Assembly: GCA_964537975.1 (NCBI GenBank)
Contig: CAZIDP010000002.1
Location: forward strand, 141,529-205,528
Source of the DNA: an uncultured Nitrospirales bacterium
GTDB taxonomy: Bacteria; Hydrogenedentota; Hydrogenedentia; Hydrogenedentales; SCBR16-9
DNA length: 64,000 bases
Direction of reading: 5' to 3'
Every line of letters begins with the position of its first letter. Positions within the stretch are counted from its first letter, which is position 1. The notes below the pieces were generated by a model. It made no database searches. It was not told the DNA's origin and was given only the letters and a program-made list of their open reading frames with translations. Made by a program: the position numbers and the translations under genes. Positions 27,514 to 37,458 of the stretch are shown here, piece after piece.

Positions 27514-30303
27514 ATGATTCGGCCAAGATATCCTGGAAAACGACTTTTATTGTATCTTATCCCTATCCTGATAGGAATGGGAGGGGTGCGCTTTTCGCAA
27601 GAACTGGACGATATCGCACTACGCATCATAGTGTTGATTATGTCGGTGGCCATTCCTGTATTTTCGGGGGGAAATCTGCTTGCCCGATACAAAACCAGTC
27701 TTATAGAACGGATATACCTGTTTGCCGGGGTGGTGATGTTGACCTTGGGTGCATTCGTTAGTGTGTCTGGCATTTCAGAAACCTTGATGGCAGAAGCTAT
27801 GGTTACTGAAGAGATTGCCAACATCTCACGCTTGCTGGGTATGTTCAGTCTGTTATTGGGGTTGTTTGTAATTCTGTTCAGTGTGATTCGAACGCGTGAA
27901 GATATAGAAGAATATGGGGGGCGCTTTTGGCATTTGGCAGAACATATGTCAGAAGGCTTTATTCTGACTGCTGCAAATGGCCGAATTACCCTGGTTAACA
28001 AGCAGTTCCTGGAAATGTTCGGGCTGTCAGAAGATGAAGTTCGTGGTAAAACCATTTTTGAAATCGCTGATGATTGCAGTATAAAAAACGTCGATGAAAT
28101 CATGGAAACGCGATCACAAGGTTTACCATCAGAATATCTGGTAACCCATCATGTGCAAGGAGAGGAACGACGGTTCTGGTTTAAGGGCAAACCAATTATG
28201 GACCGTTACGGGCATCATACAGCCAATTTGGCAACGGTACGGGATGTAACCGAGCAACATCGATTAACCCAGCGTGTTGAACGATATGCTGAAGGTTTGC
28301 AACACCTGGTTGAAGAACAAACCCAGAAATTGTTGCATTCTGAAGAGCGTTTTCGTCAGTTATTACTGTCTATGAACGAAGGATTCATTACGATTAATGC
28401 AGGACACCAGGTACGATTTGCCAATGCAACAATCTGTAAATTATTGGGAGTTAAACAAGAAGAACTAATTGGACGAGATATTCTCAATTATATCGAAGCT
28501 CAGGGACGTTCTCAATTACTCAGCATTCTGGCCCAAGGTGAAAGTCTGAGCCGATCTGATTCTCGGCAAGAATTAAATCTGGTACGAAAAGATGGCAGCC
28601 AGGTGCCAGTATTATTGGCTGTAGCATTTATACGCGACCCAGCCATGTCAGAATTGCTCTACTCGTTGGTGTTGACCAGTGTACAAGAACTAAAAAATAT
28701 GCAGCATCAACTCGAGCAACGCGCCAGAGAACTGGAATTGGCCAATGAAGAACTAATGTCCCATGGTCGGGCCAAAGACAGCTTTTTATCGAATGTCAGC
28801 CATGAATTACGCACACCCCTCAGTACAATCCAGGGTTACGTAGAAATGTTGTCTGGCAATAGTTTGGGCACATTAAACACACAACAATTACATGCGGTTA
28901 GGGTCATGGGACGAAACGTTGATCGCATTATTGGTCACATAAACGAGATTATTGATTTCAGCCGAATGGAAATTCGAGGCGTACTGGTCAATTGGGGGCT
29001 ATTTTATCCTACTCAGTTGGTTCAGGAATGCGTAGCTTCAGTTCACCCACAGGCACTTGAAAAAAGTGTGTCTGTGTTTGTTAATGATCATGGTAATGTC
29101 ATGCCAATTTGGGGAGATCGTGAAAAATTAGGGCAGGTGATCAGTATATTGTTAAACAATGCCGTTAAATTCACTGAACCAGATGGTACCGTAGAAATAG
29201 AAATATCAACCCAGGACGATCATACTGTCCTATTTTCGGTACGAGACACCGGTATTGGCATTGATCCAGCTTACCATAAACGAGTTTTTGACAAGTTCTT
29301 TCAGGTTGATGCTTCAATGACACGCAAGTACGAAGGAACGGGTATTGGTTTGTCGATTGCTAAAAGTATTGTAGAAAGTCATCAGGGAAGAATTGAACTC
29401 AAGAGCGAAGTTGGAGGTGGTAGTACATTTTCAGTAGTTCTGGAACATGCCTTGCTCTCTTCCAGTCCATCTGAACTTTTAGCTGAGTCATTTGTACCCG
29501 GGTTTTATTGTCTTGTGATTACAGAAGATTTGATACTATATGAAGTACTTAAAGATATATGTAATTCTGTGAATGTTCAAACAGATAACATTAAAAATCC
29601 ATATGACAGTCTTCGCCAAATCGAACGCATGGATATCCATTGTATACTACTACATACGATTGGACCTGACGACAAATGGTTGCAGATAATCAGCGTGTTG
29701 CGGGAACACCCAATTGCTTTTGAGATTCCCATTGTATTGATTACCGAATCAAAATCCCGCCGTCTGGTCGATTCCAGTCCAATGTGGAGCAAAGTGCTTT
29801 TTTGTATAATGCCTTTTACCGCAGATGCATTACTCAGTATTTTACTAAAGATACAAGAAAAATCTGACATCAGCTCGTCTTATTCACTTCCAGATACTTC
29901 TGCAATAAAAGAAGATACACCAACCGTGCTGATAATTGATGCAGACCCGGGAATTCAGGAATGGATTGAAATGGCACTTTCACAACGACATATTCGTTGT
30001 TTTTCTGCAACTTCACCTCAAGAAGCAATTGAAATATCTCAAAATACTGCACCAGATATTGTATTCCTTGATGTAAATCTATCTGCTGAACGTACAATAG
30101 ACCACATAAATTTGTTGCAATCGAATCCTGAATTGCGTAAAGTGCCGATCGTAGCTATGACAGGGCAATCCAATCAAGCCCTGATTAACAATGATGTCGA
30201 TGGTATCCTGTCTAAACCTTTTCAAATAGAAGATTTTGTAGCGACAATAGACAATGTTTTAAAAAATCATAATCAAGATATTGCTAGTGCAACCACAGAC
30301 TAA
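27514..30303 (+). CDS. hybrid sensor histidine kinase (multi-TM sensor, 2x PAS, HisKA, HATPase_c, pseudo-receiver, receiver)
   Basis: H-box SHELRTPL; N/G boxes (LNNAVKFT, DTGIGI, GTGIGLSIAK). The C-terminal REC has DADP...FLDVNL...KPF. The preceding REC-like fold has the phospho-Asp replaced (ILLHTIG). Confidence 0.8.
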   Translation: MIRPRYPGKRLLLYLIPILIGMGGVRFSQELDDIALRIIVLIMSVAIPVFSGGNLLARYKTSLIERIYLFAGVVMLTLGAFVSVSGISETLMAEAMVTEEIANISRLLGMFSLLLGLFVILFSVIRTREDIEEYGGRFWHLAEHMSEGFILTAANGRITLVNKQFLEMFGLSEDEVRGKTIFEIADDCSIKNVDEIMETRSQGLPSEYLVTHHVQGEERRFWFKGKPIMDRYGHHTANLATVRDVTEQHRLTQRVERYAEGLQHLVEEQTQKLLHSEERFRQLLLSMNEGFITINAGHQVRFANATICKLLGVKQEELIGRDILNYIEAQGRSQLLSILAQGESLSRSDSRQELNLVRKDGSQVPVLLAVAFIRDPAMSELLYSLVLTSVQELKNMQHQLEQRARELELANEELMSHGRAKDSFLSNVSHELRTPLSTIQGYVEMLSGNSLGTLNTQQLHAVRVMGRNVDRIIGHINEIIDFSRMEIRGVLVNWGLFYPTQLVQECVASVHPQALEKSVSVFVNDHGNVMPIWGDREKLGQVISILLNNAVKFTEPDGTVEIEISTQDDHTVLFSVRDTGIGIDPAYHKRVFDKFFQVDASMTRKYEGTGIGLSIAKSIVESHQGRIELKSEVGGGSTFSVVLEHALLSSSPSELLAESFVPGFYCLVITEDLILYEVLKDICNSVNVQTDNIKNPYDSLRQIERMDIHCILLHTIGPDDKWLQIISVLREHPIAFEIPIVLITESKSRRLVDSSPMWSKVLFCIMPFTADALLSILLKIQEKSDISSSYSLPDTSAIKEDTPTVLIIDADPGIQEWIEMALSQRHIRCFSATSPQEAIEISQNTAPDIVFLDVNLSAERTIDHINLLQSNPELRKVPIVAMTGQSNQALINNDVDGILSKPFQIEDFVATIDNVLKNHNQDIASATTD

Positions 30304-30329
30304 TATATACGGGGAGATAACCAGATAAT

Positions 30330-31523
30330 ATGGGAATGCTTATTTACACAGGCTTGTCACATCTATACAAAACTTCATACGGTTTCATGCTTATGCTGAT
30401 GATTACCATGCCCATCTATACAGCTTGGGGCCAATCACATCCTATCAGCACAATAACTGTAGAAGCCGAGACAGGTATGATCATTCATGAAGAAAATGCC
30501 GATATAGTCCGACCACCAGCCAGCATGGTCAAAATGATGAAAATGTTCATGGTGTCTGAAGGTGTTAATGCCGGCTTATGGGATTTACAAATGGATATAA
30601 CAGTCAGTGCCCGTGCTGCATCCATGTGGGGTTCACGAATTATTTTGCGTGAAGGCGAAACACAACCGCTTTATAAATTTATGGAAGCCATTGCTGTCGC
30701 ATCTGCAAACGATGCCTCTGTCGCAGTTGCTGAAGCATTGTGGGGCAGTGAAAATGCTTACCTCAAAGCTGCTACCCAACGTGCTCGCGAATTGGGCATG
30801 AGTAACACCACCTTTAAAACTACCAATGGATTGCCTCCAGATGATGGTGTTTCTTTTGATGAGACTACAGCCCGCGACATGGCGACATTGGCCCGAAACT
30901 GCATTAAAGACCCACGTATAATGGCTTGGGTAGGCATGCGGGAAATGCAATTTCGACCCACTGATGCTGTTCGCACAAGTACGAATCTTTTACTCAGCCG
31001 GATGGAAGAATGCGACGGGCTAAAAACAGGCTATATCCGGGCAGCAGGTTTTTGCATCAGCGCTACCGCTGTACGCAATGGTATTCGACTGATTACCGTT
31101 GTCATGGGTAGTCCAGATAAATGGAGCCGGTTCAATATGGCACAGGCATTGTTGGAATCCGGGTTTGAAAAAATGTCACGGCAGCGGGTGCTTGCAAGCG
31201 GTGCAGCCTTGGGCGATTACATCCCTGTAAATAATTGTGATGTTAACGAGCTTCGTTTAATAACGCAAGATGATTTGTGGGTCACACTACCTGGTGAAAA
31301 ATTGGACCAATTGGAGTTTGTTGCTGTCTACCCTGAATACCTGAATGCACCGTTATCAGCAGGAACTGTTGTTGGTCAAGTACGCGTAAAATATGAGGAC
31401 AACATATTGGGAAGCATAAGCTTAACGGTACCACACGATTTGGAAGCCAAAGGTTGGTATCTCGTAATGGCTAATGGTGAGGCGCGCTGGGAAGGCCTGA
31501 ACAGGGAGCATTCCGTACAATAA
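30330..31523 (+). CDS. D-alanyl-D-alanine carboxypeptidase (peptidase S11, PBP5/6-like)
   Basis: SxxK motif PASMVKMM, SxN (ASANDAS) and KTG (LKTGYI). Confidence 0.8.
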   Translation: MGMLIYTGLSHLYKTSYGFMLMLMITMPIYTAWGQSHPISTITVEAETGMIIHEENADIVRPPASMVKMMKMFMVSEGVNAGLWDLQMDITVSARAASMWGSRIILREGETQPLYKFMEAIAVASANDASVAVAEALWGSENAYLKAATQRARELGMSNTTFKTTNGLPPDDGVSFDETTARDMATLARNCIKDPRIMAWVGMREMQFRPTDAVRTSTNLLLSRMEECDGLKTGYIRAAGFCISATAVRNGIRLITVVMGSPDKWSRFNMAQALLESGFEKMSRQRVLASGAALGDYIPVNNCDVNELRLITQDDLWVTLPGEKLDQLEFVAVYPEYLNAPLSAGTVVGQVRVKYEDNILGSISLTVPHDLEAKGWYLVMANGEARWEGLNREHSVQ

Positions 31524-31593
31524 TTATCTTAGCCAGAGAGGATTTGTTTGTACAAGATACAAAATCGCGTTTTATAAGATATGCAAAATAGTT

Positions 31594-31620
31594 GAGCCCC
31601 TGCTCTCAGGGGCTCATGTT
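31594..31620. terminator. bidirectional rho-independent terminator between convergent dac-like and rpe genes
   Basis: gagcccctg-ctct-caggggctc perfect 9-bp GC stem flanked by A/T-rich runs on both sides. Confidence 0.6.
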
Positions 31621-31757
31621 TAAAATGCTAATTCAAGTTGGTTACACAATTGAATGTTCATTTGGTAGCTTAGAAAACGCAAATGCAGATCGCCACGCGA
31701 AATTTATCCTGATAAAATAACTACTCAAAGCACTACGCGGTCTGGTATTTTTTGTAG

Positions 31758-32423
31758 TTATTCTGTAAACAATACACCTGAATTACATGCCCGTATGGAT
31801 TCTATGGCATCCAGATAAGATTCGCTGTTAAAAATAAATGAACCAGCAACCAGTACATTAGCTCCAGCCTCTATTACAGCTTGGGCTGTTGTGCTGTCTA
31901 TTCCGCCATCTACTTCCAAGTCCCTGTCATCAATCATGGCCCGTATATTTTGTATCTTTGGCAACATTTCAGGTATAAATTTTTGTCCTCCAAAGCCAGG
32001 ATTCACCGTCATGACCAACACCATATCCACCAAGTCCACCAGATACTCAATTTCATCTTCAGAGGTTCCAGGATTTAATACAATCCCTGCTTGACAACCC
32101 AAACTTTTGATTTTGCTCAGAGTTCGGTGTGGATGTCGGGCTGCTTCTATATGAAATGTGATGATATCTGCTCCAGCATTGGCAAAATCTTCAACATAGG
32201 CATCGGGATTGTCAATCATCAGATGTACGTCTAATGGAACCGAACTATGAGGGCGAATTGCAGCCACTACAGGAGGTCCAATCGTAATGTTTGGAGCAAA
32301 ATGTCCATCCATGACATCTACATGAATCATATCGGCACCTGCTTCAATCACCGTACGTATTTCATCTCCTAAGCGGGCAAAATCACTTGCCAGAATGGAT
32401 GGTGCAATCTGTAACTTGGCCAC
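31758..32423 (-). CDS. rpe: ribulose-phosphate 3-epimerase
   Basis: IAPSILASDFARLGDE...HVDVMDGHFAPN N-terminal signature. Confidence 0.9.
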   Translation of the reverse strand: MAKLQIAPSILASDFARLGDEIRTVIEAGADMIHVDVMDGHFAPNITIGPPVVAAIRPHSSVPLDVHLMIDNPDAYVEDFANAGADIITFHIEAARHPHRTLSKIKSLGCQAGIVLNPGTSEDEIEYLVDLVDMVLVMTVNPGFGGQKFIPEMLPKIQNIRAMIDDRDLEVDGGIDSTTAQAVIEAGANVLVAGSFIFNSESYLDAIESIRACNSGVLFTE

Positions 32424-32588
32424 TATACAAAAATCTCCTTAAAGTTAGTAAATGATTTCCAAAATATGTGGAGTTCAAATCAGCAATTGGTAAAAACTTT
32501 CCCCCGGAACAAAAACAACACGCACAGTACTCCTGTAGCTTTTACATTGAGAAGCGAAGAAACCAGTTAAAATCAACTCCTGCTTTTT

Positions 32589-33626
32589 TTAACGGCTGCG
32601 CACTGGAGGATTTCCATCTTCTAAATGGTAAGATGCATGCAGCTCACCGCCAACATAAATCTCAACACGGGCTTCACCCACATAATAAACCGGGATTCTT
32701 ATTGTGCTCCCCATGACTCGTACTTCGCGAGAATTTTCATCGTACGCCGGCGGATACCGGCGCAATGTTTCCCGGTTTCCCCGCTGGTCTATTATATCTA
32801 CATGGGTTTCTTCGGAATACCAGGTAAAGGGCATTACATGTCGTACCTCTGTTTCATACCGTGTAACTACCACTTCTGGTCTGGCTTCTTCAGATTCTAA
32901 ACGAATTTCATAGGTTACTACCTGCCCCTGATATACAAGCGTGTCAGGTGGTGGTTCTTGATTTAATATGACATTGCTGCGAGCATTGGGATAATCTACT
33001 TCAACTGGCACCAGCGTGATACCTAATCCTGCAACACGTTGTTTTGCATCTTCGACCGAAAGACCTCTTATATCCGGCATGAACTCCCGGGCACTTTCCA
33101 TGCTGTCACTCAACAATAAATGTATGGCATCCTGATTGGCAATCTGCGAACCAGGCGTGGGATATTGTGCCAAAACAACATCACGTGCTTCATGGTGAGG
33201 GATACGCGCTATTGAACCTGTACGGAAACGTGACTGCTCAAGTTCTCGCTGGGCATCTTGAAACGTTTTCTGAACAAGATTAGGTGCCTTTAAGAAGTCT
33301 GTTCCCATACTCACCGTTGGAATAACCTTGCGACCGGTACGCACCACACGACCAGCAGCCGGTCGCTGTGATATGACATGAGATTCCGGTATGCCTGGAT
33401 GTGGCACCTGCTCTATCTTGCCCATTTCGAGCCCTTGTTCCACCAGGTACAAAGAAGCATCTGTTATTGGTAAGCCGACAATATTGGGTACGGTAACATG
33501 CTCACCACCTTCCAATACCTGACTAAACACAAAATACCCAGATAGCGCCATAACTGCCAGAAACACGACAAGTGCAAGTGACCATTGTATGCTCCAGGCA
33601 AAAAAACGGAGTACGAAAAAAAATAC
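32589..33626 (-). CDS. PASTA-domain membrane protein (TM + 3 PASTA repeats, no kinase domain); start codon unresolved
   Basis: Three PASTA-like repeats (VPNIVGLPITDASLYLVEQGL..., APNLVQKTFQDAQRELEQ..., MPDIRGLSVEDAKQRVAGLGI...). The TM helix begins exactly where the rsmB stop lies. The nearest in-frame ATG (33551) would truncate the TM. Confidence 0.6.
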   Translation of the reverse strand, partial: VFFFVLRFFAWSIQWSLALVVFLAVMALSGYFVFSQVLEGGEHVTVPNIVGLPITDASLYLVEQGLEMGKIEQVPHPGIPESHVISQRPAAGRVVRTGRKVIPTVSMGTDFLKAPNLVQKTFQDAQRELEQSRFRTGSIARIPHHEARDVVLAQYPTPGSQIANQDAIHLLLSDSMESAREFMPDIRGLSVEDAKQRVAGLGITLVPVEVDYPNARSNVILNQEPPPDTLVYQGQVVTYEIRLESEEARPEVVVTRYETEVRHVMPFTWYSEETHVDIIDQRGNRETLRRYPPAYDENSREVRVMGSTIRIPVYYVGEARVEIYVGGELHASYHLEDGNPPVRSR

Positions 33627-33628
33627 TC

Positions 33629-34966
33629 CTAGGATACTTTCCGAAATCGTGTCAAGTAAAAACCGTCCAAGGCTGCGTCGGTTAGGTTTGTCTGATATTG
33701 ACCTTTGGTTATTTTCCACGGATTTAATAGCTCCGGACCTTCTTCTAATTGAACTTGACCATCTGCAAGGATGGCATTGGTGATTTGTTCTGTTTCCTGG
33801 CTGGTATATGTGCAAACGGAATATACAATACACCCACCATTTTTGCAAAGTTTGATGGCTGATCGCAATAACATCTCTTGTAATACCGCCAACCGCGATA
33901 AGGTTTCTGGACTTGTACGCCATTTCAGGTCGGGGTGCCGTCGTATGGTACCCAATCCGGAACAAGGCGCGTCGACTAGAATTCTGTCAAAAGATGATGC
34001 TGAAAACGGGGGAGAGGTGCCATCACCCGCCACCACATGCAAACTGTTGATTTTCAGGCGGTCTGCGTTCTCAAGTATAGCATGAATTTTACGCGTATTT
34101 ATTTCCATCGTCACAATAGATGCCTGGTCTGATGTCAATTGGGCGATATGGGTAGATTTTCCACCCGGTGCCGCACACATATCGAGAATACGTTCCCCTT
34201 TTTGCGGTGTTAACAAATGCGGTGCCAACATGGATGCAGGGTCTTGCATTATAAATTGGCCATCCTGAAACCACTTGCTTCGCAAGGGTGATTTCCCTTC
34301 TGCCAGGGTAAGTTCTTCCGGAATCGTAGTTACTTTATTGGTTATTATCCCTGATTTTTCTAGCCTGTCCTGAAGGGACATATAATCATCATGTAATGTA
34401 TTTATACGTAAACAGGATGGAGCAGGAGTGTTTATAGTTTGGCATATGCGCTCGAGTTGATCCTCACCAAACTGAGTTTTCCAAAGTGATATTAACCAGA
34501 CAGGTATAGAGTATCGAACAGACATGTACTGCTCAACATTTTTTTCAAGGTCCGGTAGATTTACTTCATCAATACTTTTCGGAGCTTTTCTGAGTATGGC
34601 ATTAACCAGCCGGGCCGTACCGGCATGTCCACGTTTTTTCGCAAGTTCAACTGATGTATGAACCATGGCAGGCGTCGTTACCTGATTGCAAAATATCGAT
34701 TGAAAAATGGCCATCCTTAAAATAGTGAGTATAGATAAGGGTAATTTTTTCAATGGTTGCGTACATATAATCCCGAGAACATGATCGCACAATAATATAT
34801 GGCGTACTGTGCCATATACCAGTTGTGTGAGGAATCGACGCCCACGGTCTGACGGAGCTTTCCGACGTATTGTTTTATCCAGTGAGGTATCCAGATGCAT
34901 GTTACGCTCATCAAATACTCGCAACAAAACATCAATAGCAGCATCACGTACGGGATCAATTGGCAT
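33629..34966 (-). CDS. rsmB: 16S rRNA (cytosine967-C5)-methyltransferase
   Basis: NusB-like N-terminus; SAM motif DMCAAPGGKS; catalytic DAPCSG and PC...TYT regions. Confidence 0.85.
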   Translation of the reverse strand: MPIDPVRDAAIDVLLRVFDERNMHLDTSLDKTIRRKAPSDRGRRFLTQLVYGTVRHILLCDHVLGIICTQPLKKLPLSILTILRMAIFQSIFCNQVTTPAMVHTSVELAKKRGHAGTARLVNAILRKAPKSIDEVNLPDLEKNVEQYMSVRYSIPVWLISLWKTQFGEDQLERICQTINTPAPSCLRINTLHDDYMSLQDRLEKSGIITNKVTTIPEELTLAEGKSPLRSKWFQDGQFIMQDPASMLAPHLLTPQKGERILDMCAAPGGKSTHIAQLTSDQASIVTMEINTRKIHAILENADRLKINSLHVVAGDGTSPPFSASSFDRILVDAPCSGLGTIRRHPDLKWRTSPETLSRLAVLQEMLLRSAIKLCKNGGCIVYSVCTYTSQETEQITNAILADGQVQLEEGPELLNPWKITKGQYQTNLTDAALDGFYLTRFRKVS

Positions 34967-35041
34967 CTGTGCCCCCTGAAAAAAAGGTATTTAAAAGCTA
35001 AAAGTAGAAGTAATAAGCACCATGAATGAAGTGTTTTAAAT

Positions 35042-35986
35042 TCATTCAATTATTGATTCAAAACAATCACCTGGGCGTATTGAATGTCCCCGCATAAAAT
35101 CACCCGAGTGCATGATTTTTTTACCTGGCGCCTGCACCGTCAAGATTTCCAAAAGGGCATCATTGGTTGCTACAAAAAAACTGTGCTTGTTGACCTCAAC
35201 AATCTCGCCAGCTTTCGTAATGGTATCTGACGAAACGTTGTGAAGCTTCGTTTTAAGGATGCGAAATACCTGACCGTTAAAAAGACAATGGGCAATTGGC
35301 CAGGGTTGTAATGCACGTACCTGGTTATGAATTTCCCAACCACTGCGAGACCAATCTATGCGACCATCCTCTTTAGTAATAATACGCGAAAATGTTACTT
35401 CAGCAGCATTTTGGGGGGTAAATTGTGCAGTATTTTCATCAACTTGTCGCATACCCTCCAGCATCAGTTTTGCACCGAGTTCAGCGAGTTGGTCACTTAA
35501 TATAGGACTGCTGACATCTGAATCAATAGGAACAGATTCTTGTAACAAGACATCACCTGCATCCATTTCAAGCATTATGCGCATTATGCTCACGCCGGTT
35601 TGGGTGTCACCTTTCCAAATTGCCGTTTGGATAGGAGATGGGCCACGCCAGCGTGGCAATAAGCTGGGATGAACATTTAACCAGCCCTTAGCGGGGACAT
35701 CCAGGAGAGGTTGTTTCAATAGACGGCCATAGGCAGCCACCGTACAAATTTCCGGAGCTTGTTTTTTTAACCAGGACTCGAAAGTACCATCATTGAGTTT
35801 GGCTGGCTGATGTACCGGGATACCCAATGCTTCTCCGGCAACTTTAACAGGGGGAGGGAGCAACTTCTTACTCCGGCCTTGCGGACGATCTGGCTGGCAA
35901 ACTATCGCGGTTATCTCATGATGTCTCGAAATAGCCTGTAACGTCGGGACAGCCAGTTCTGGTGTACCAAAAAACACTGTACGCAC
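35042..35986 (-). CDS. fmt: methionyl-tRNA formyltransferase (GTG start)
   Basis: (M)RTVFFGTPELAVPTL...HPSLLPRWRG formyl-transferase motifs. The start overlaps the ybaB stop. Confidence 0.9.
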   Translation of the reverse strand: MRTVFFGTPELAVPTLQAISRHHEITAIVCQPDRPQGRSKKLLPPPVKVAGEALGIPVHQPAKLNDGTFESWLKKQAPEICTVAAYGRLLKQPLLDVPAKGWLNVHPSLLPRWRGPSPIQTAIWKGDTQTGVSIMRIMLEMDAGDVLLQESVPIDSDVSSPILSDQLAELGAKLMLEGMRQVDENTAQFTPQNAAEVTFSRIITKEDGRIDWSRSGWEIHNQVRALQPWPIAHCLFNGQVFRILKTKLHNVSSDTITKAGEIVEVNKHSFFVATNDALLEILTVQAPGKKIMHSGDFMRGHSIRPGDCFESIIE

Positions 35987-36351
35987 TAAGTTAACCCTGG
36001 AATGTCAATTCCCCCGGTCATTTCAGTCATACGCTCTTTTACAAGTTCCCGGGCCTTGTCCATGGCATCGTTTATAGCAGCTCGCACCAGGGTTTCGAGC
36101 ATTTCCGGGTCTTCTCTATCAATGACCTCTGGATCTATTTTCAAATCCAACAGTTCCATTTTGCCAGATACCATCACCTTCACCATGCCACCACCAGAAG
36201 AAGCTTCAATGCGTTCATCTGCGAGTTTTTCTTTGAAAGCATCAATGTTATTCTTTAATTCCATGGCCTGCTTCAGCATGCCACTCATTTTGCCTAAATC
36301 GCCTAATCCCTTGAACACGTTAGACTTATCCTTTCTGTCGGTAGATTTCAA
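35986..36351 (-). CDS. ybaB: YbaB/EbfC nucleoid-associated protein
   Basis: FKGLGDLGKMSGMLKQAMELKN...GGGMVKV...INDAMDKA is the canonical YbaB pattern. Confidence 0.85.
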   Translation of the reverse strand: MKSTDRKDKSNVFKGLGDLGKMSGMLKQAMELKNNIDAFKEKLADERIEASSGGGMVKVMVSGKMELLDLKIDPEVIDREDPEMLETLVRAAINDAMDKARELVKERMTEMTGGIDIPGLT

Positions 36352-36417
36352 TTAATTATAAAGTATAGCTGGTTTTCAGCAATACAAGCAAGACATCCTG
36401 AATGAACATACAACACA

Positions 36418-37191
36418 TTATTCGGAAATCTTCTGAAATTCATCTCTTTCATGCCAATCTTTGCTGGCAACATCCCAGGTACGTGCCCAATAAATGAATG
36501 GTGTATCGACTGCTGCAATGATAACTTTTATAAAATACTTACCGACTGCCAGTTGCATTGCAGTTGCCAAATCAAATATTGCCCACCATACCACCAGTCC
36601 ATAAACAACCGTATCCAGTGCTTGCGAAGTCATTGTAGACAGATTGTTACGGAGCCAAAGGTGCTTTCCTTTGGTCCGACGTTTCAGCATATGAAACATC
36701 CATACATCATGCGTTTGGCTTATCAGATAGGCCAATAAAGAACCAAACACAAATCGCGGGGTAACGCCAAAAAGAACGGACAAGGCACCATGAACATTCT
36801 CTGACCATTCTTGTTGATCAGGTCGAACATTCGTAGGCAAGAACTCAAGACTGAGTAATCCCATGATCACCGCGATGACACTGGCGGAAAATCCCATGAG
36901 AACTGCCCGGTTTGCTTCTCGTTTACCGTATCGTTCTCCCAAAAGGTCTGTCGCGAAATAAATACCTGAGTAAAGTATGACTCCCATACTCGTGCTTATT
37001 CCAAAAACAGTGGTGATTTTTGGTCCCAGTAAGTTGCACAGCAAAATATTCAACACAATAACACTGTACAAACCCATTTTTCCGAAAATTCGAAAAAGTA
37101 ACAATGTCAACACTAAATCAAGACACACTATGGTAAGCCAGAGCAGTTCTTGATAATTTGCAAATGCTTCCGCCAAAAAGCCAGGTAACAT
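36418..37191 (-). CDS. yhhQ: queuosine precursor transporter (YhhQ/VUT family, DUF165)
   Basis: Seven TM segments; motifs YSGIYFATDLLGERYGK and DTVVYGLVVW. Confidence 0.7.
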   Translation of the reverse strand: MLPGFLAEAFANYQELLWLTIVCLDLVLTLLLFRIFGKMGLYSVIVLNILLCNLLGPKITTVFGISTSMGVILYSGIYFATDLLGERYGKREANRAVLMGFSASVIAVIMGLLSLEFLPTNVRPDQQEWSENVHGALSVLFGVTPRFVFGSLLAYLISQTHDVWMFHMLKRRTKGKHLWLRNNLSTMTSQALDTVVYGLVVWWAIFDLATAMQLAVGKYFIKVIIAAVDTPFIYWARTWDVASKDWHERDEFQKISE

Positions 37192-37458
37192 GGATTCCCC
37201 TAACGCAAATTTGTAGAAATAACACGGAATTTAATTGGTTATTAAAACGATTTTTTCAAGCCTGCTTATTTCATCTTGAGATAATATATCTGCTTAATCA
37301 ACCAGTCCCAACGTTTAACTATAAGCTACATCAGCAATAGTCAATAAAAATTTTGCCATCAAATGCCAATATTTTAGATACTTATTACATGATATATTTC
37401 TACTGAATCATACTGGTGTTTTATTAATTCACAAAACGTGTAATAAACAGGATCGACA

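Noticed and set aside
27423-28103. 226-aa minus-strand ORF spanning the rnhA end and the histidine kinase start
   Set aside because: It overlaps two confidently called plus-strand genes and its composition is low-complexity, so it is a spurious frame.
33629-33965. TTG start at 33965 for the PASTA protein
   Set aside because: It would create a 112-codon out-of-frame overlap with rsmB. The first 110 residues lack any domain signal.
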